NCBI GenBank assembly: GCA_001179505.1
Contig: CDMY01000624.1
Span: 186,001-250,000 of the forward strand
Source of the DNA: Vitrella brassicaformis CCMP3155
Lineage: Eukaryota > Protista > Chromerida
DNA: 64,000 nucleotides
Direction: 5' to 3'
Part shown: positions 1-12,175 of the stretch, piece by piece
Numbering within the stretch: position 1 is the stretch's first letter
How the letters are laid out: each line of letters opens with the position of its first letter
Position numbers and translations under genes: made by a program
Notes under the pieces: model-generated
Told to the model about the DNA's origin: nothing
Seen by the model: only the letters and a program-made list of their open reading frames with translations
The model's database searches: none

Positions 1-1529
1 CCGAGCATTCTCGTTCCATCCCACCGTCAGCAGCAGCCCACCTCGGCGGATCCGATCAACCATTATGCCATTCAGAGCGGAGAAAGCCGCAGGTGGAGGC
101 CACTCCGAGCCTGCTGACCAGGCACCTGCTGATGCCGCACTGGATGAGGAGGAGGTAGGGAGATCTGAGAAGAGGCAATCGAGTGCACTGAATGTCAGTA
201 TGTGAATGTGACTGTCTGCATGCTGTGGTCGTGCGTGTTGTGTGTGCGCTAATCGATCAGGTGTTGGATTGGACGCCCGAGTTCTACCCTGCGCAGCAGA
301 ACATAGAGCAACGGAAGCTGCAAGTTTGGGCCAACAGACGACTTCCACTGCCCAAAGTGACGGTGCCAGTTGAGATGCGCCGGTTCTTCTTCGATTCCGC
401 ATACTCGGCCGGAATCAAGGGCATCTTGGGCAAGTGAGTGAGCAAATACACACATACCTATGCACACACACGAACACACTCCCCAGCCAACACCCCCGCA
501 ACACCGACCCGCCCACTGTTGTCTTCATGTGTGTTTGATCAATAGGACCTTATCAGTGAGCCGCCGGCCAAGAAACATTACATTAGGTGGCTATTACTTC
601 TGGCCACTGATGCGTGGGAGGGTGGCACATCCACATCCACATACAAACACACACTCTTACTTGTCGGTCTGTCTGTCTGTCTGTCTGTGTGTTGTGTGTC
701 GATCAACCACCCACGTACCTAAATGCAGATGTATGAGCTGGTCCGTCAGACCGATTGGCGGGTGGTTGTGTGTGCCGTGGACGGGCCGGACGCCGACGAC
801 GAGCGTGATGATGGCGATGGCGACGATGACTCATGTGACCCGGAGTGGGACGAGGACGACGAGGAAGAGGTGGTGGTGGAGGAGGAGGAGGAGGACGTAT
901 TCACCCTCCTCGTCATCGAAAAGGATGGCCTCAACCTCAAAATTAATAGCGAAGGGTCAGCCAGCGTGTGTGGCTTGACAGCCAGACAGCCAGACAGCCA
1001 GACAGCCAGACAGCCAGACAGCCAGACAGCAGACAGACAGACAGACAGGCAGACAGACAGGGAGGGAGGAGGGAGGCTGCGATGTTCGTGCCTGTGTCCA
1101 TTTACGATGTGTGTGTGTGTGGATGTGTGCAGCGACGGGACGCTGTTTGCCGTGCTGATGGGCGTCCAGCTGAGCAACAAGGCTTACGACGACCTGATAC
1201 GGCTCATGCGTGATCGGGGCATCAAGCAATGTGCATGTGTCATCGAGGAGAGGTGGTACTGCAATTACTTGGACTACGACACCAGTAAGCTGGTGAGCAC
1301 CATGGATTCCCCCATCAATCTGGTTGATGACAGCGGGATGGGCGCGCAGAAGGCGATCGACTACATTCTGGATCGCCTGCAGCACCCAGACAAGAAGGAA
1401 GACCCAGAGGGCTTTCAGGAGCCCCCCATAGACCCAGAGGACTTTGCGGAGTTCCTGGCGGCGGCTATGGGGGGAAAGAGACGCAGAGAGATTAGACTGA
1501 TTGACTCGATCACTGGCACGCCCATTTAG
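1..1529 (+). CDS. 3' part of a multi-exon hypothetical protein with an acidic (D/E) tract; 5' end lies before the window
   Basis: Exons ~1-154, ~261-435 (VLDWTPEFYPAQQNIEQ...GILG), ~546-610, ~730-955 (MYELVRQTDWRVVVCAVDG..acidic run) and ~1133-1529 (DGTLFAVLMGVQ...SITGTPI*) are bounded by GT/AG. No family motif recognised. Confidence 0.65.
978..1060 (+). repeat. Intronic (CAGACAGC)n/(CAGA)n microsatellite, representative of the pervasive intronic simple repeats
   Basis: Direct reading; similar (TG)n, (CAGA)n and (GGAT)n tracts occur in most introns. Confidence 0.9.
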
Positions 1530-1921
1530 CTACTGCACATGTACATAACTGGATGGACGGATCGATCGTGTGTATGGTGCCGTCCGTGTACATCTATGGC
1601 CCAGCCAGGCAGGCGTTTGGACAGCTGGAATGAATGAGGAAGAAACGACACAGACGTGGAAGGAAGGATCAACTCCATGACAGTTCGCTCGAGTCGCTGA
1701 GATGGCGGAGAGCGATATGAATCGCAACAAACAAAGCGTTTCCTTGACGAAGCCAAGAGGAGACACCGAATGACTTAGCTTAGCAAGCAGTAGAGCAACC
1801 GTCTCTCTCAGGCAGTATGGACATGAGACATGTCTGCAATACGCCATTTGCCATTGGGTCTGCCTGCCTTAGGGCTCAGCATACTTCATTTGGCATATGT
1901 GATCCCCAGCAATCGACAATC

Positions 1922-4900
1922 CTATCCCTTCTTATCCATCCACTTGGCCATGAGAACATCCGAGTACCGCTGTGTCTCGAAGAAACGCCCGTACTTCCCC
2001 CACGCCGCCGGAGCGGGGAACAGCTGTCGGTACCCCGCCGACCCGATGCCCTCCTTCGCCTCGCTGCTTAGTGCCCTCATCGTTAGCACCGCGCTCTCTT
2101 CCAGCAGCTCATATAGCATGTTCTGCTCCTCCTGTCTCAAGGCGCGGAAGTCGAGACGGTCCTGCTTGATCAGACTCTGGACCAAGCGGCTCATCTTAGT
2201 CTCGTCCACAGCACTCTCGGCGACATCCTTCGCAGAGATGCTCGCGCCGCTGTCCCCTCGCGGGAGCTGTCGAGTCGATCTGTCCCTGTTGAGGCCACCC
2301 TTGTCCTCTCCCTGCTTGCCCAGCAGTCTCGACGTGTCCCGATTTCTCTGATCCCTCTTGACGCACTTAGGTGAGAACGGTGTGAGGCGGATGAGGTTGA
2401 AAGTGTCGACCATGAGGGCCGTCTTGATGCGCTTGTCCAGCGGCGAAGACGACGACAGAGAGGGAGACACGTTCACCTCCAGCAACCAGGCCCGATGGTC
2501 GCGATCCAAAAGGACATCAAAGCCATAGATTTCGAAGCAGTTGGGGGCGCTCCGCGTGAGCGTGCTGCTGTTGCTGCCGGCAGCCGGACTTGCCTGCTTG
2601 GCTTCGATGGTGCCCTTCCGATTGGCAGGCTTGTCCTTGTATGCTCCGGGGAATGGTGAGCCCTGGATTTGCGTGTTGTTGGGGGATGCCCCTCGCCTGA
2701 GGGCATTGGCAATGGTCGGCTCGGCTGAGATGAGCGTCTTGACAACGATGTCATCAATCTGCCTTTGCACGTGAGACCAATCCCAACTGATGGAGCAATC
2801 AGGCACGCAAACAGACGACAAAGGCAAAGAGTGCGTGTGTGTCTTGAATTCAGTTGAGACATACTTACCCTTGCTTTTTGAAGTACTGCCTGACGTCTGA
2901 CAGCGACCACTTTGAGCACGACTCGTCAAAGGGGCCGTCCTCATCATCCTCGTCAAACCCACCAAATCCGCCCGTAGGTGAATGGGGAGGTGACAGGTCG
3001 CCCTCGCCCTCCCGCGTCTCCTCAGAGACAGTGGACGTGCCATCCTCGTCTCCGACAGTGAACGAGTCGTCCTCCCTCTCGTCCCCATCGTGCTCATCCT
3101 CGCAGTCATTGAGACCGCTCCTGCTCCAGTCGGGTTCGAAGTCCTCCTCGCTCAAGTCACTCCCACAGTCCTCACTGCCGTCCCAACTGTCACGCAGCCG
3201 GATGCTGGAGACGCTTTTGTCACGCCGGAAGGCCTCTGATGGCCTTGGAAGCGCTTGGAAGGAGGACGACAGCATGTCGGAGTCAGCTGTGTCCCGCCAT
3301 CCTTCCAGTACTTCGCTCTCTTCGTCTTCGTCTCTCCTGCCGGCAGCTGATGGGGGATCGGACACCTTGTCTGTCCGTATGTTTGACGTGACGCCCGAGT
3401 TGCTTCGCCGCACTGATGTGACTGCAGCCGATGGCCGCCTCGTCGATGCCGAGAAGCGCCGGGCCTTGACTGCTGCTGCCGGTGCTTCATTCGTCATGGA
3501 TTGCGCGGGGCTCTGTGGCTCAGACGACTCGATGACGATCTTCCGCTGCTGAACCCTTATCGGGAATCGGGATCTGACGGCTGGTTCCTGCTCGTGGCTG
3601 TTGCTGCCGCTGCTGTGGTCCATGTTCTTGATGTACCTGGTTGAGTACTTGTTGATGGAATAGTTGGTGAGGTGCATCAGGCGAGAAGACAGATGGCGGG
3701 ACACTCGTGTGCGGCGACCCAGGTCCCGGTATTTCTCGGTGGCAAACCTGAGTGAGACAGACGCAAACAAAGAAGGAAAGACTAACACGTGTGTGTGCAC
3801 GTGTACGCGTGTGTGCACCTGACGAGTCCCTCGTCGTATAGGTATATCCGCAGTGGATCGAAAGAGGTGACGCACACGTACAGCCTCAAGTCGAACTTGA
3901 AGCCGTTGATCAGCAGAGGCGGCGAAACATACCTGATGAAGACAGCAAGGAGACGTGGCGCCATGCTTGGTTGAGATGGCTCGACACTCATTGCTTGCCC
4001 GTCCGTACTTCTGCATGACGCCCTTGCGAGACTTGGACACCTTGCAGCCTCCGGAGAACAAACGAATGCCTGACCACCACACACGTACGAGTGAATAAGT
4101 GAAACGAGTCCGAGGCGCGTTTCGTGCACCTCTGCCGCAGGAAGAAGCATACGGCTTGAATATCCAGAGGTCGCGCGGCCCTGAAACAAGACAAATGGTT
4201 GTGTCAGACAGCAGGACACGGCTGGGTGCTCACGTTCGTTCCTCGCGGCTTCGAAGAGGCGATAGTCGTCGGGAAGGATCCATGTCTGAACGAAAGAATG
4301 GAAAGGTGGGCGACACGGTGTCAACCAGTGAGTCATGTACCCCTGAGCCGCTCACTCACCTGTGGCATGAAACTGAATGCCTCTCCGTGTTGCCGCTTCA
4401 TCCGCGTGACGTTCCGCCACAGCAGATCCTTTCGACCTGCATTGCAAAAGCAATCGAAGAGGGCTTTTGCTTGTCAGTCTCTCTTGAAAAAACCTACCGA
4501 GCGTCCACGTGTTTGGGAAGTGGTTGATCTTTTGATAAGGGTTGAGCTTGCGCAGTGTCTCGGGCTTGGGGATGCCGCCCCACGCCAGATTCCACCGCTT
4601 CGACGCGTACGACGTGTGATGCATGCCTGCAGTCAAGAGGAGAGACAGAACACTGGCTGCATATGGGAACATTGATGTACTCTACTCTCTGCCAGGCCAG
4701 CTCACCCGAACGCCTCAGCGTGTTGACGACACAATTGTAGGCGTGCGCGGAGGTGTTGTGGTGGAAATACAGCGTTGGAACAGCCGACGACACCTTGACA
4801 GCATGGACCACGCGCCCACCACCGGACACAGGACCCCTCTCCCTCGTGTCCCCCCTGTCCGGCTGCATCTCAAAGAACACGAATGGCGGCCTGTTGCTGA

Positions 4901-6207
4901 AGGGGCTCTCAACCAGCCGCACCGGCCCCAAGTGAGCAAGAGACGTCTTGAGTCGCCTCTTGGTCGCGCTCTCTCTCTCTTCCTCTTCGAGCTCGCTCCG
5001 TCTCCGCCGGAGGTTGATCAGCATGTCGCCGGGTATGCCGGGCAGACCCGGGAGATTTAGGAAATCTCCACCTCTGATGAGCACATCCAGGGGAGGGCCG
5101 CTGCAGAGGGGGTATTGGGACAAGGCGGTTGAGGGGCCTCGATGTCTCAGCCATGTGGGAAGCATCCACTGCTCCACCGGCTGGGGGAGAGGGATGGTGG
5201 CTGAGGGGCGAGGCAGTGTCCGCACGCTAAGCGTCTTCTTGATCTGCCCCTTGTAGAGGCGCTCGAGGTCCTGCGCCCCACGAGACAGTGGAGACGACGG
5301 GGCAGTGTCGCCGGCATTGCTCTCCTGCCGCACGTCGTGTTCCGCATCATCCGTGTCGCTTTCGCTTTCTTCGCCGAGCCCGTTGCGCACATGAATGGCC
5401 GTGAGGTTCCCCGAGCTGCTAGACGACACTCGACTCATCGACAACGCCTCCTCCCTGCCGCCTTGCCGCCTCTTCTTGCCTCTCTTCTTGCCAGACTTCC
5501 TCTTTTTCCTTGTTGCTGGTTTGCCCCCCTGCTTCCTTCTAGCGCCTCTCCGATCATCGCCAGCCAGCCGAACGGCCTCTGAGTCGACTCGATGCGCTCC
5601 AAGAGACGTGGTGCTCGCCTCACGTCTCACAGGGGGCCGGGACGTGCTGCGCCTCGTCGCAGGCTGGGAGGGCTGCCGATGAATGGACGACGCCGATGAT
5701 TTCAGCCTTTGCACAGGCGGCCGTGTCTTTTCTGCGATGCGTTCACCGACGGGAAGATGGCCGTGGTCTGCAGCAGGTGCTGCTGAAGAGAGCGACGTGC
5801 CAGCGGAAGACGGGCCGATAGGGGAGAGCGGACCGCGCCGCGATGAGGCCGTTGAAGCAGACGTCGACTGGATGCTTAGGCACGCTGACGGCTCTGCGGA
5901 GTCCGACCGACTTCCCGCCCTCTTCCAAGGCGCCATCTGCGCGTGGCTGGGAGCTGGGGGTTTGTCGGACTGCAGTGCAGCGTGCCCTTCTGCGCGAAAG
6001 ACCCGCGAGCGGTAAATTGCCTGATAGGAGAGCTGGGCGTTGGCTGTGTCCCCAGTGGAAGAAGGGAAAGAGCCTGGCGGACGAAAGACCATCTTCAAAT
6101 CCTGCTTTTTTGAGGATCCTCGTGGGGCCCCCAATGGCGCGCTCATCGGGGACCCGATCTGCCCGTGAAAATTGAGTCCGTTTGCCCCTCCGTTCCCCCC
6201 CCCCCCC
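1922..6207 (-). CDS. TTLL4: Tubulin-tyrosine-ligase-family polyglutamylase (TTLL4/5-like), multi-exon, long disordered N-terminus; start may lie in the gap or at an ATG near 6148
   Basis: Ordered TTL motifs across exons: [122 protein letters not shown]. Subfamily assignment is approximate. Confidence 0.9.
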
Positions 6208-6507
6208 NNNNNNNNNNNNNNNNNNNNNNNNNNNNNNNNNNNNNNNNNNNNNNNNNNNNNNNNNNNNNNNNNNNNNNNNNNNNNNNNNNNNNNNNNNNNN
6301 NNNNNNNNNNNNNNNNNNNNNNNNNNNNNNNNNNNNNNNNNNNNNNNNNNNNNNNNNNNNNNNNNNNNNNNNNNNNNNNNNNNNNNNNNNNNNNNNNNNN
6401 NNNNNNNNNNNNNNNNNNNNNNNNNNNNNNNNNNNNNNNNNNNNNNNNNNNNNNNNNNNNNNNNNNNNNNNNNNNNNNNNNNNNNNNNNNNNNNNNNNNN
6501 NNNNNNN
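6208..6507. other. Assembly gap (300 N) flanked by poly-C
   Basis: N run counted directly. Confidence 0.99.
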
Positions 6508-6535
6508 TTCCCCCCCCCCCCCTCCCTGTCTGCCA

Positions 6536-8899
6536 ATGAAGCCCCAGGTTTGCGTGTTGTTTCCTGGTCTTTTGTTGCTGCTCTTGGCCGCCGGATCGAA
6601 AGCCACAATACAAGGCGGCCCGGGTGAGAGAACAAAAGCTCCTTTTAGCGGTGTTGATTACCTTGTCCGTTCACACACACTGCATTGCAGGTGCCTGCCG
6701 TTGCTCGACCTGCAAGAGCAAGTATGGCGATCACGACAACACCAAGCTGGACAAGAGCCTCACCGACGAGCAGAGACGCGCCAAGTGTGCTGAGCTCTGT
6801 GCAAAGGCCTCAGGGTGCACGGGCTACGAACTGTCGCTCGTAGCCAGCAAAAATGCCAACTGCGAGGTCCACACGTCGCCCATTTCCCACGCAGTTACAT
6901 CAAAAGAACACATTGAGTGCTGGCCAGGTAGGCATGACCAGGGAAGAGGGAAAGTGCAGGCAAAAGAGGCTTCATTGCAGCTGCGTATCTGTGTTCTCTT
7001 GCACAGCTTCTGGCAACAATGTTCCTCTGGGTGGTCCCTCCAGTTTTGTTCCCTCCAGTAGTGCGGGGTCGTACGTGACATACCAGGTGTCGACGCCATA
7101 TCTGGACTGGCAGAAGCCCTTCGAGTCCAACTGCTTCGACAATGTGGTCTTCGACGACATCGACCACTGGGATTTCGTTTTGTTCGCAAGGACGGCCAGC
7201 GGCTGCCCCATCACCCAGGCGCCACTGGCCGAGAGGACCTGCTGGGACGCCGCAAACACGTACCTGCCCATCACTGTCGACGTCAAGGCCGTCATGGTGG
7301 CGAAGAGTGAGCCTTTCTCTGGCTGGAATGCATGGGAGCAGAACGGCTGGGCGAACCCCAGCCATGGGGGCGAGACGATGGTGATCGATGTGGCGGACAA
7401 ACTGTACAAGGAGGGGAAGGGCTTCATTGCCATCGACCCGAAGAACGTGCCAGCCGATGAGCCGGGCGTGTCTTACCATGACGGCAAGATGTATGTCCGG
7501 TACCAGCTGAAGAAGCAGGCGGCCCAGCTGGATCAGCTGACGCAGCTGCAGATTTGTGTGCGTCAGTGGGTGGGTCTGACGCCGCACATGTCGTGCTTGG
7601 GGCCCGTCACTTTGCACTCGGACACCGTCAGCACAGGTGCAGCTGAGACGGGAATGGGACGGCCGTTGCTGTATGTTGTCGATCTGCTTTGCAGGTTGTG
7701 AGGTGCCAATGTCTTGCCCGACCACCCTGGTGACCACAACGATGTCTTTTGAGAAGCCGACCATCAGTGTGGAGACATGCGCACACACGCATTTGGAGAC
7801 ACGCGTGCACAATCGCTTCCTGTCCCTGTTACTGTTACTGTCTCGTTCTGAATGCAGCCTTGCCGATGGAGGTGGGCAAGGTGACGATGCACACGCGGAA
7901 GTTCACAACCATTGAAACCAAGAAGACCTTCACAAGCCCCGTGAGCGACACACAAAGCCAGCACGACCGCATCTGTCTATCTATCGGGTGGTTCGGGTGT
8001 GGTGCCTCCTTGTGCCGCAATGCATGCAGGTGGTTTTCATGGGCATTCCCCCCATGATGAATGGCAGAGGCCACCACGAGGTCGTTGTCCGCATCAAGGA
8101 CGTCACACCCAGTACGCAAGCGAGGCACAGACATGCATTCCCTCCGCCCCTTCCTCCCTCCCTCCTGCCTACTCTTGTGCAGACTCCTTCCAGGCTGACT
8201 TCGACGAGCCCGTGCCGTGCAGAGATCAGTGGCACCGAGCCACACCCATGCCATGGATGGTGCGCACCGCACAGACCAAAGAAAATAATGCACACACGCG
8301 CGTTCCGTCCATGAGTGCAGGTGATTGAGGCCGGTGTACACACCGTGGCCACAGACAGGGGCAGCATCACTGTCGCCGGTCGGTGAGACATTGAGACAGA
8401 CAGCGCATAGAACGTCCATGTGGTGTCTCGTTCAGCCGGCACTGCGGTGGTGACGGACAACAAGCAGTGGTTTGACATCACCTTCCCGCCCGAGGCAGCC
8501 TTCGTCGAGAGGCCCATCATCCTCCTGCAGGTAAGGACTCACATTTAGGGTGTTCGAGCGAGACACGCTCAACTCATCTCGTGTGTGGGTCCTGTGTCCA
8601 GGTGCAGACGAAGGACACCAACCGTATGTTCGTCAAGCAGCGCGTCCAGAACCTGACAAACACAGGATTCCAGGCAAGCCGGCCAGAGAGAGAGAGAGAG
8701 ACATCCAGAGAGAGAGAGAGAGAGGCGCTGCACGCCGTGTGTGCGTGTGTGCGTGTGCGTGTGTATGTTGTGTGCTGCAGGTGGCTCTTGAGACTCAGGG
8801 TAAGAAGCTTACAGACCCGCATAATCCAGACGACTTTGACAATGAGGGTAATAAGCGGCCTGACAAAACCACGCGTTCCCTCACTGACGCATGTGATAG

Positions 8900-8935
<36 letters not shown>

Positions 8936-9865
8936 TGTCAGTGTTGGGCTGGGTGGCCTTCTCTGGTGCTGTCAACAGCGTCCTCTACGCGCCATTCGGA
9001 CAAGCAATCCTCAGGGGCGGAATCACGGTCGGTCGGTCAGCAATGTCTGCCTGCCCGAAACACACAGCACAGCACAGCACACGGACATGTCTCTCCATTA
9101 TGGTATGCAGCCAAAAGCGGTCACTGAGCAGCATTACAGGATCGATTTCGGCACCACCATCAAGGACGGATACGTGTTCGGAAACATCGCCAGCTACTGG
9201 GGCGACAACGCATCACGTACACACACAGACACATACACAGAAATACACACAGACATACGCACACACGGCGGTCCTCTCTCTCCTCTCCCTCTCTCTCTTC
9301 TTCTCTCTCTGTGTGTGTGTGTGGGGGGGTTGGCGGTTAGAGCTGCGCCTCCACGAGCAGACGGATGACTACGCCAAGGTCATCATCCAGGAAGAGACAT
9401 GCACGCCGCTGTAAGCACACCAGGCCTGTAGAACCAGCCATACACACAGTGATTCATGTGTGTGTGTATCGCGTGTGCCAGTGACATGATCCACCTTTAC
9501 CCGGAGGAAGTCTCCTGGCTGGTCAGACAGCCAATGAACTAAAAGAGCCAAGATGAGCATCCATTCCCTCTCGCTGTCTGTGCCTGGCCTTCCCCCCTAC
9601 CGAATGAATGAGTGCAGGTGATTCAGCCGTTCGACGCAGAAGGCCAGCCTTGGTGGCAGACACCCACCGATCAGTACGCACACGGCATCCCGCCAGCCAC
9701 CACTGCCGGCCAGGAACACGTGTGAGTGCATATGTCTCTGCCTCTCTATGCGTTGTCAGGTCTCTTCTATGCCACCCTGTGCCGTCGGGGGGCACCTCGC
9801 CGCCCTACCAGTTCAAGTGCTGCAGCCTCACAGACCCCAACGCGTGCACTATCGCCACCAACTAA
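6536..9865 (+). CDS. Secreted multi-domain protein: signal peptide, PAN/apple-like Cys domain, unknown middle domain, three H-type-lectin-like beta repeats, Cys-rich tail
   Basis: ATG 6536 gives MKPQVCVLFPGLLLLLLAAGSKA (signal peptide). Exon 2 is CRCSTC..KCAELCAKASGCTGYEL..NCEVH..IECWP (PAN-like Cys spacing). Repeats FTSPVVFMG..VVVRIKDVTPDSFQADFDE..WM-VIEAG, FVERPIILLQVQT..VKQRVQNLTNTGFQVALE..LGWVAFSG and VFGNIASYWG..LELRLHEQT..AKVIIQEE..EEVSWL-VIQ. Last exon ends YQFKCCSLTDPNACTIATN*. Confidence 0.75.
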
Positions 9866-10227
9866 CAAGGCGGGCGGCCCAAGTGGCCAAGTGGCCAAGC
9901 TAGTAGGGATTGATAAGGGTGCCTGCCTGCCTGCCTGTGTTGGGTTGATACAGTTAGACACACATGCGCAGTGGCTGATAGAAATGTGTGTGTGTGTTTA
10001 TGTACGCATGAACGAATGAGTCGACACAGCTGGGCACGGCCATGCAGACAAGTGAATGTCTTGCCGTCTAGCTGTCTGTCCGCGGCCGACACAGCCAAAA
10101 ACAGTCCCAATGAACACACTAACGCACCCTCACACTTGTCTGCCTGTCAGCCGCCTCACATGGATCGATGGGCGACTGACTCTGTCTGTTCTGTACAGCA
10201 AAATCGACTTGACCGAGAGACCGTCAG

Positions 10228-11884
10228 TCAGACCATGGTGGCCACGGGGGTGCTGCCGTGTTGGTGGATGTTCTTGCGCCTCGTCCGCAGATGAAGCCGG
10301 CGGCGCTTTCGCAGCTCGTGCAGATCTGTGGATCCCCACAGACACATTCAAGGATGTATCTGTGTCTGTGTGTGTGTGTTCGTGGCCTGCCTCCCTGCAT
10401 ACCTTCTTCGGCGAGGGTCCGGATGAGTTTCCAGAATTGTGACACAGGGCAGCTGACGAAAACCTCGTAGACGAGCGCCACAGCGTCGATGACCGTCGAG
10501 TACTGATGGATCGATCGACCGGAACGCACACGAGGACACTCGTAGTTGTCTTGCTCGCTCTCCGTTTGTGTCTGTCTGTTTGTGTGTCTGTGTGTGTGAC
10601 GGACGGTGGGTAGATTGGATACCACTTCGCCCTGTGCGAATATCATAAAGAAGAGCCGCACAGCCGACACCACCAGCAGACCTATCAGATACTGCACGGC
10701 AACGCATCCACACATCCACCAGAGATGTCTGTCCATATATCAGCCGGCCCCGCCTGGCTGGCTCTCCATTGCATTCACTCCTCACTCACTCACCGCAGCG
10801 AGCATCCGCTTGGAGTACCACACCGCACCCACGGCACCGAAGACCAGAGGAAATGGGACTGCCAAGAGCAGCCACATGTCACGCAGAAACCACAAGGCAA
10901 TTAACACCTGCACACGCACTCCACGCCCACACCACCACGCCATCCGGTCATGAAGCGAGTGGTGGGTGGTGAATGTTGACACCGCTCCCTGGCTGACCGC
11001 GTCGATGGCCGTGTATATGACGATCTTCCTGGATTGCTTTTTGGTGTATTGGAGGTGCTGCGACGCCATCGGCATCGGAGGAGGCAGCGACATCATCGTG
11101 CTGTCCAACTGAAAAGGCACCTGACCTGCACACACACACACACACACACATAGACGCCCAATCGATGAGTGTGGGTATGTGCCAAGCCTGTGTGTTTCTT
11201 TCTTTGTACTACCATACCATATATAGTGGGCGGAAACCTCTTGGCGAGGGGAAAATTGAACTGATAGAGGGGCAGAGGCGGCAGAGGAGGGCCAGGCTGA
11301 CTAGACCGACGGCCACCGCTGCTATTCCCATGCACACCTGACAGACAACCAGGGAGCGAAACACCGATACACACACACGTGGATGAGAAACCAATGCGCG
11401 GCTCACTCACCACCGTCCCTCTGCTGCGGCTGCTGCTGCTGCTCGGACGATGGCCCGCTCTCCGTCGTCTGCGCCGCATCTGGCTGCACGCTGACCTCAT
11501 TCTGGCCCTCCCCCGTGTTATCAGCTACCGGCGCCTGTGAGGCGGGCTGTGGGAACGATGGAGTCATTATCTGGTCTCGCTGCAGCCGCAACACACACAG
11601 AGTAATCATAGAATGCTTCACGAGAGAAAGATCAAACTTTCATCACACCTGGGAAACGAAGAGAGCTGCAGCAACCTGAGATCCAGCAGTCGGCACGAGA
11701 AGAAACGACTGCATGTGTTCCTGTCTGTCGCGTGTTGCCCGCAACTTGTTACCTGCTGGATGCCGGCCTCGTCCATGTGCTGTCTGCCGGCGCCGCCGTG
11801 TCCATCAGCACCTCTGTGGGGATGTCTGGATGAGCCGTGCCGCCGCTGCCCGCGAGATGACGGACACAGCCAGTGACGGGCCAT
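10228..11884 (-). CDS. Hypothetical multi-pass membrane protein (about 3-4 TM helices) with Q/P-rich N-terminus and basic C-tail
   Basis: Spliced exons MARHWLCPSS.., RDQIMTPSFPQ..QQQQPQQ, VLIALWFLRDMWLLLAVPFPLVFGAVGAVWYSKR, YLIGLLVVSAVRLFFMIFAQ, YSTVIDAVALVYEVFV..IRTLAEE|DLHELRKRRRLHLR..ATMV*. Confidence 0.6.
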
Positions 11885-12175
11885 GATTGTGCGCGTGAGA
11901 GGGGCACCGGAGAAGCAAAGGAGTCGAATGCCAACCCTCAAGGATTTCGGGTTAAGGGTTTCTTTTCCCCCTCACGAGAGCCGCGCGTCAAGAAAAAAAA
12001 AAGGGCTGGAGTAGCTACTTTGGTGGCAGGTAGGGCATGCTCTCATCTTGTAGCAGACACACCTCGGAGACCCCTGTTCAGTTCACCATTGAACTCCACA
12101 ATTACTGTCCTCTACCAACAAATACACACGAGTTAGTCTAGCTGTACACAACCAGCTCTTCGAACACCCAGCCAG

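Noticed and set aside
4494-6635. 713-aa ORF and other ORFs reading through N runs
   Set aside because: They are artefacts of translating placeholder gaps; the right flank belongs to the oppositely oriented PAN gene.
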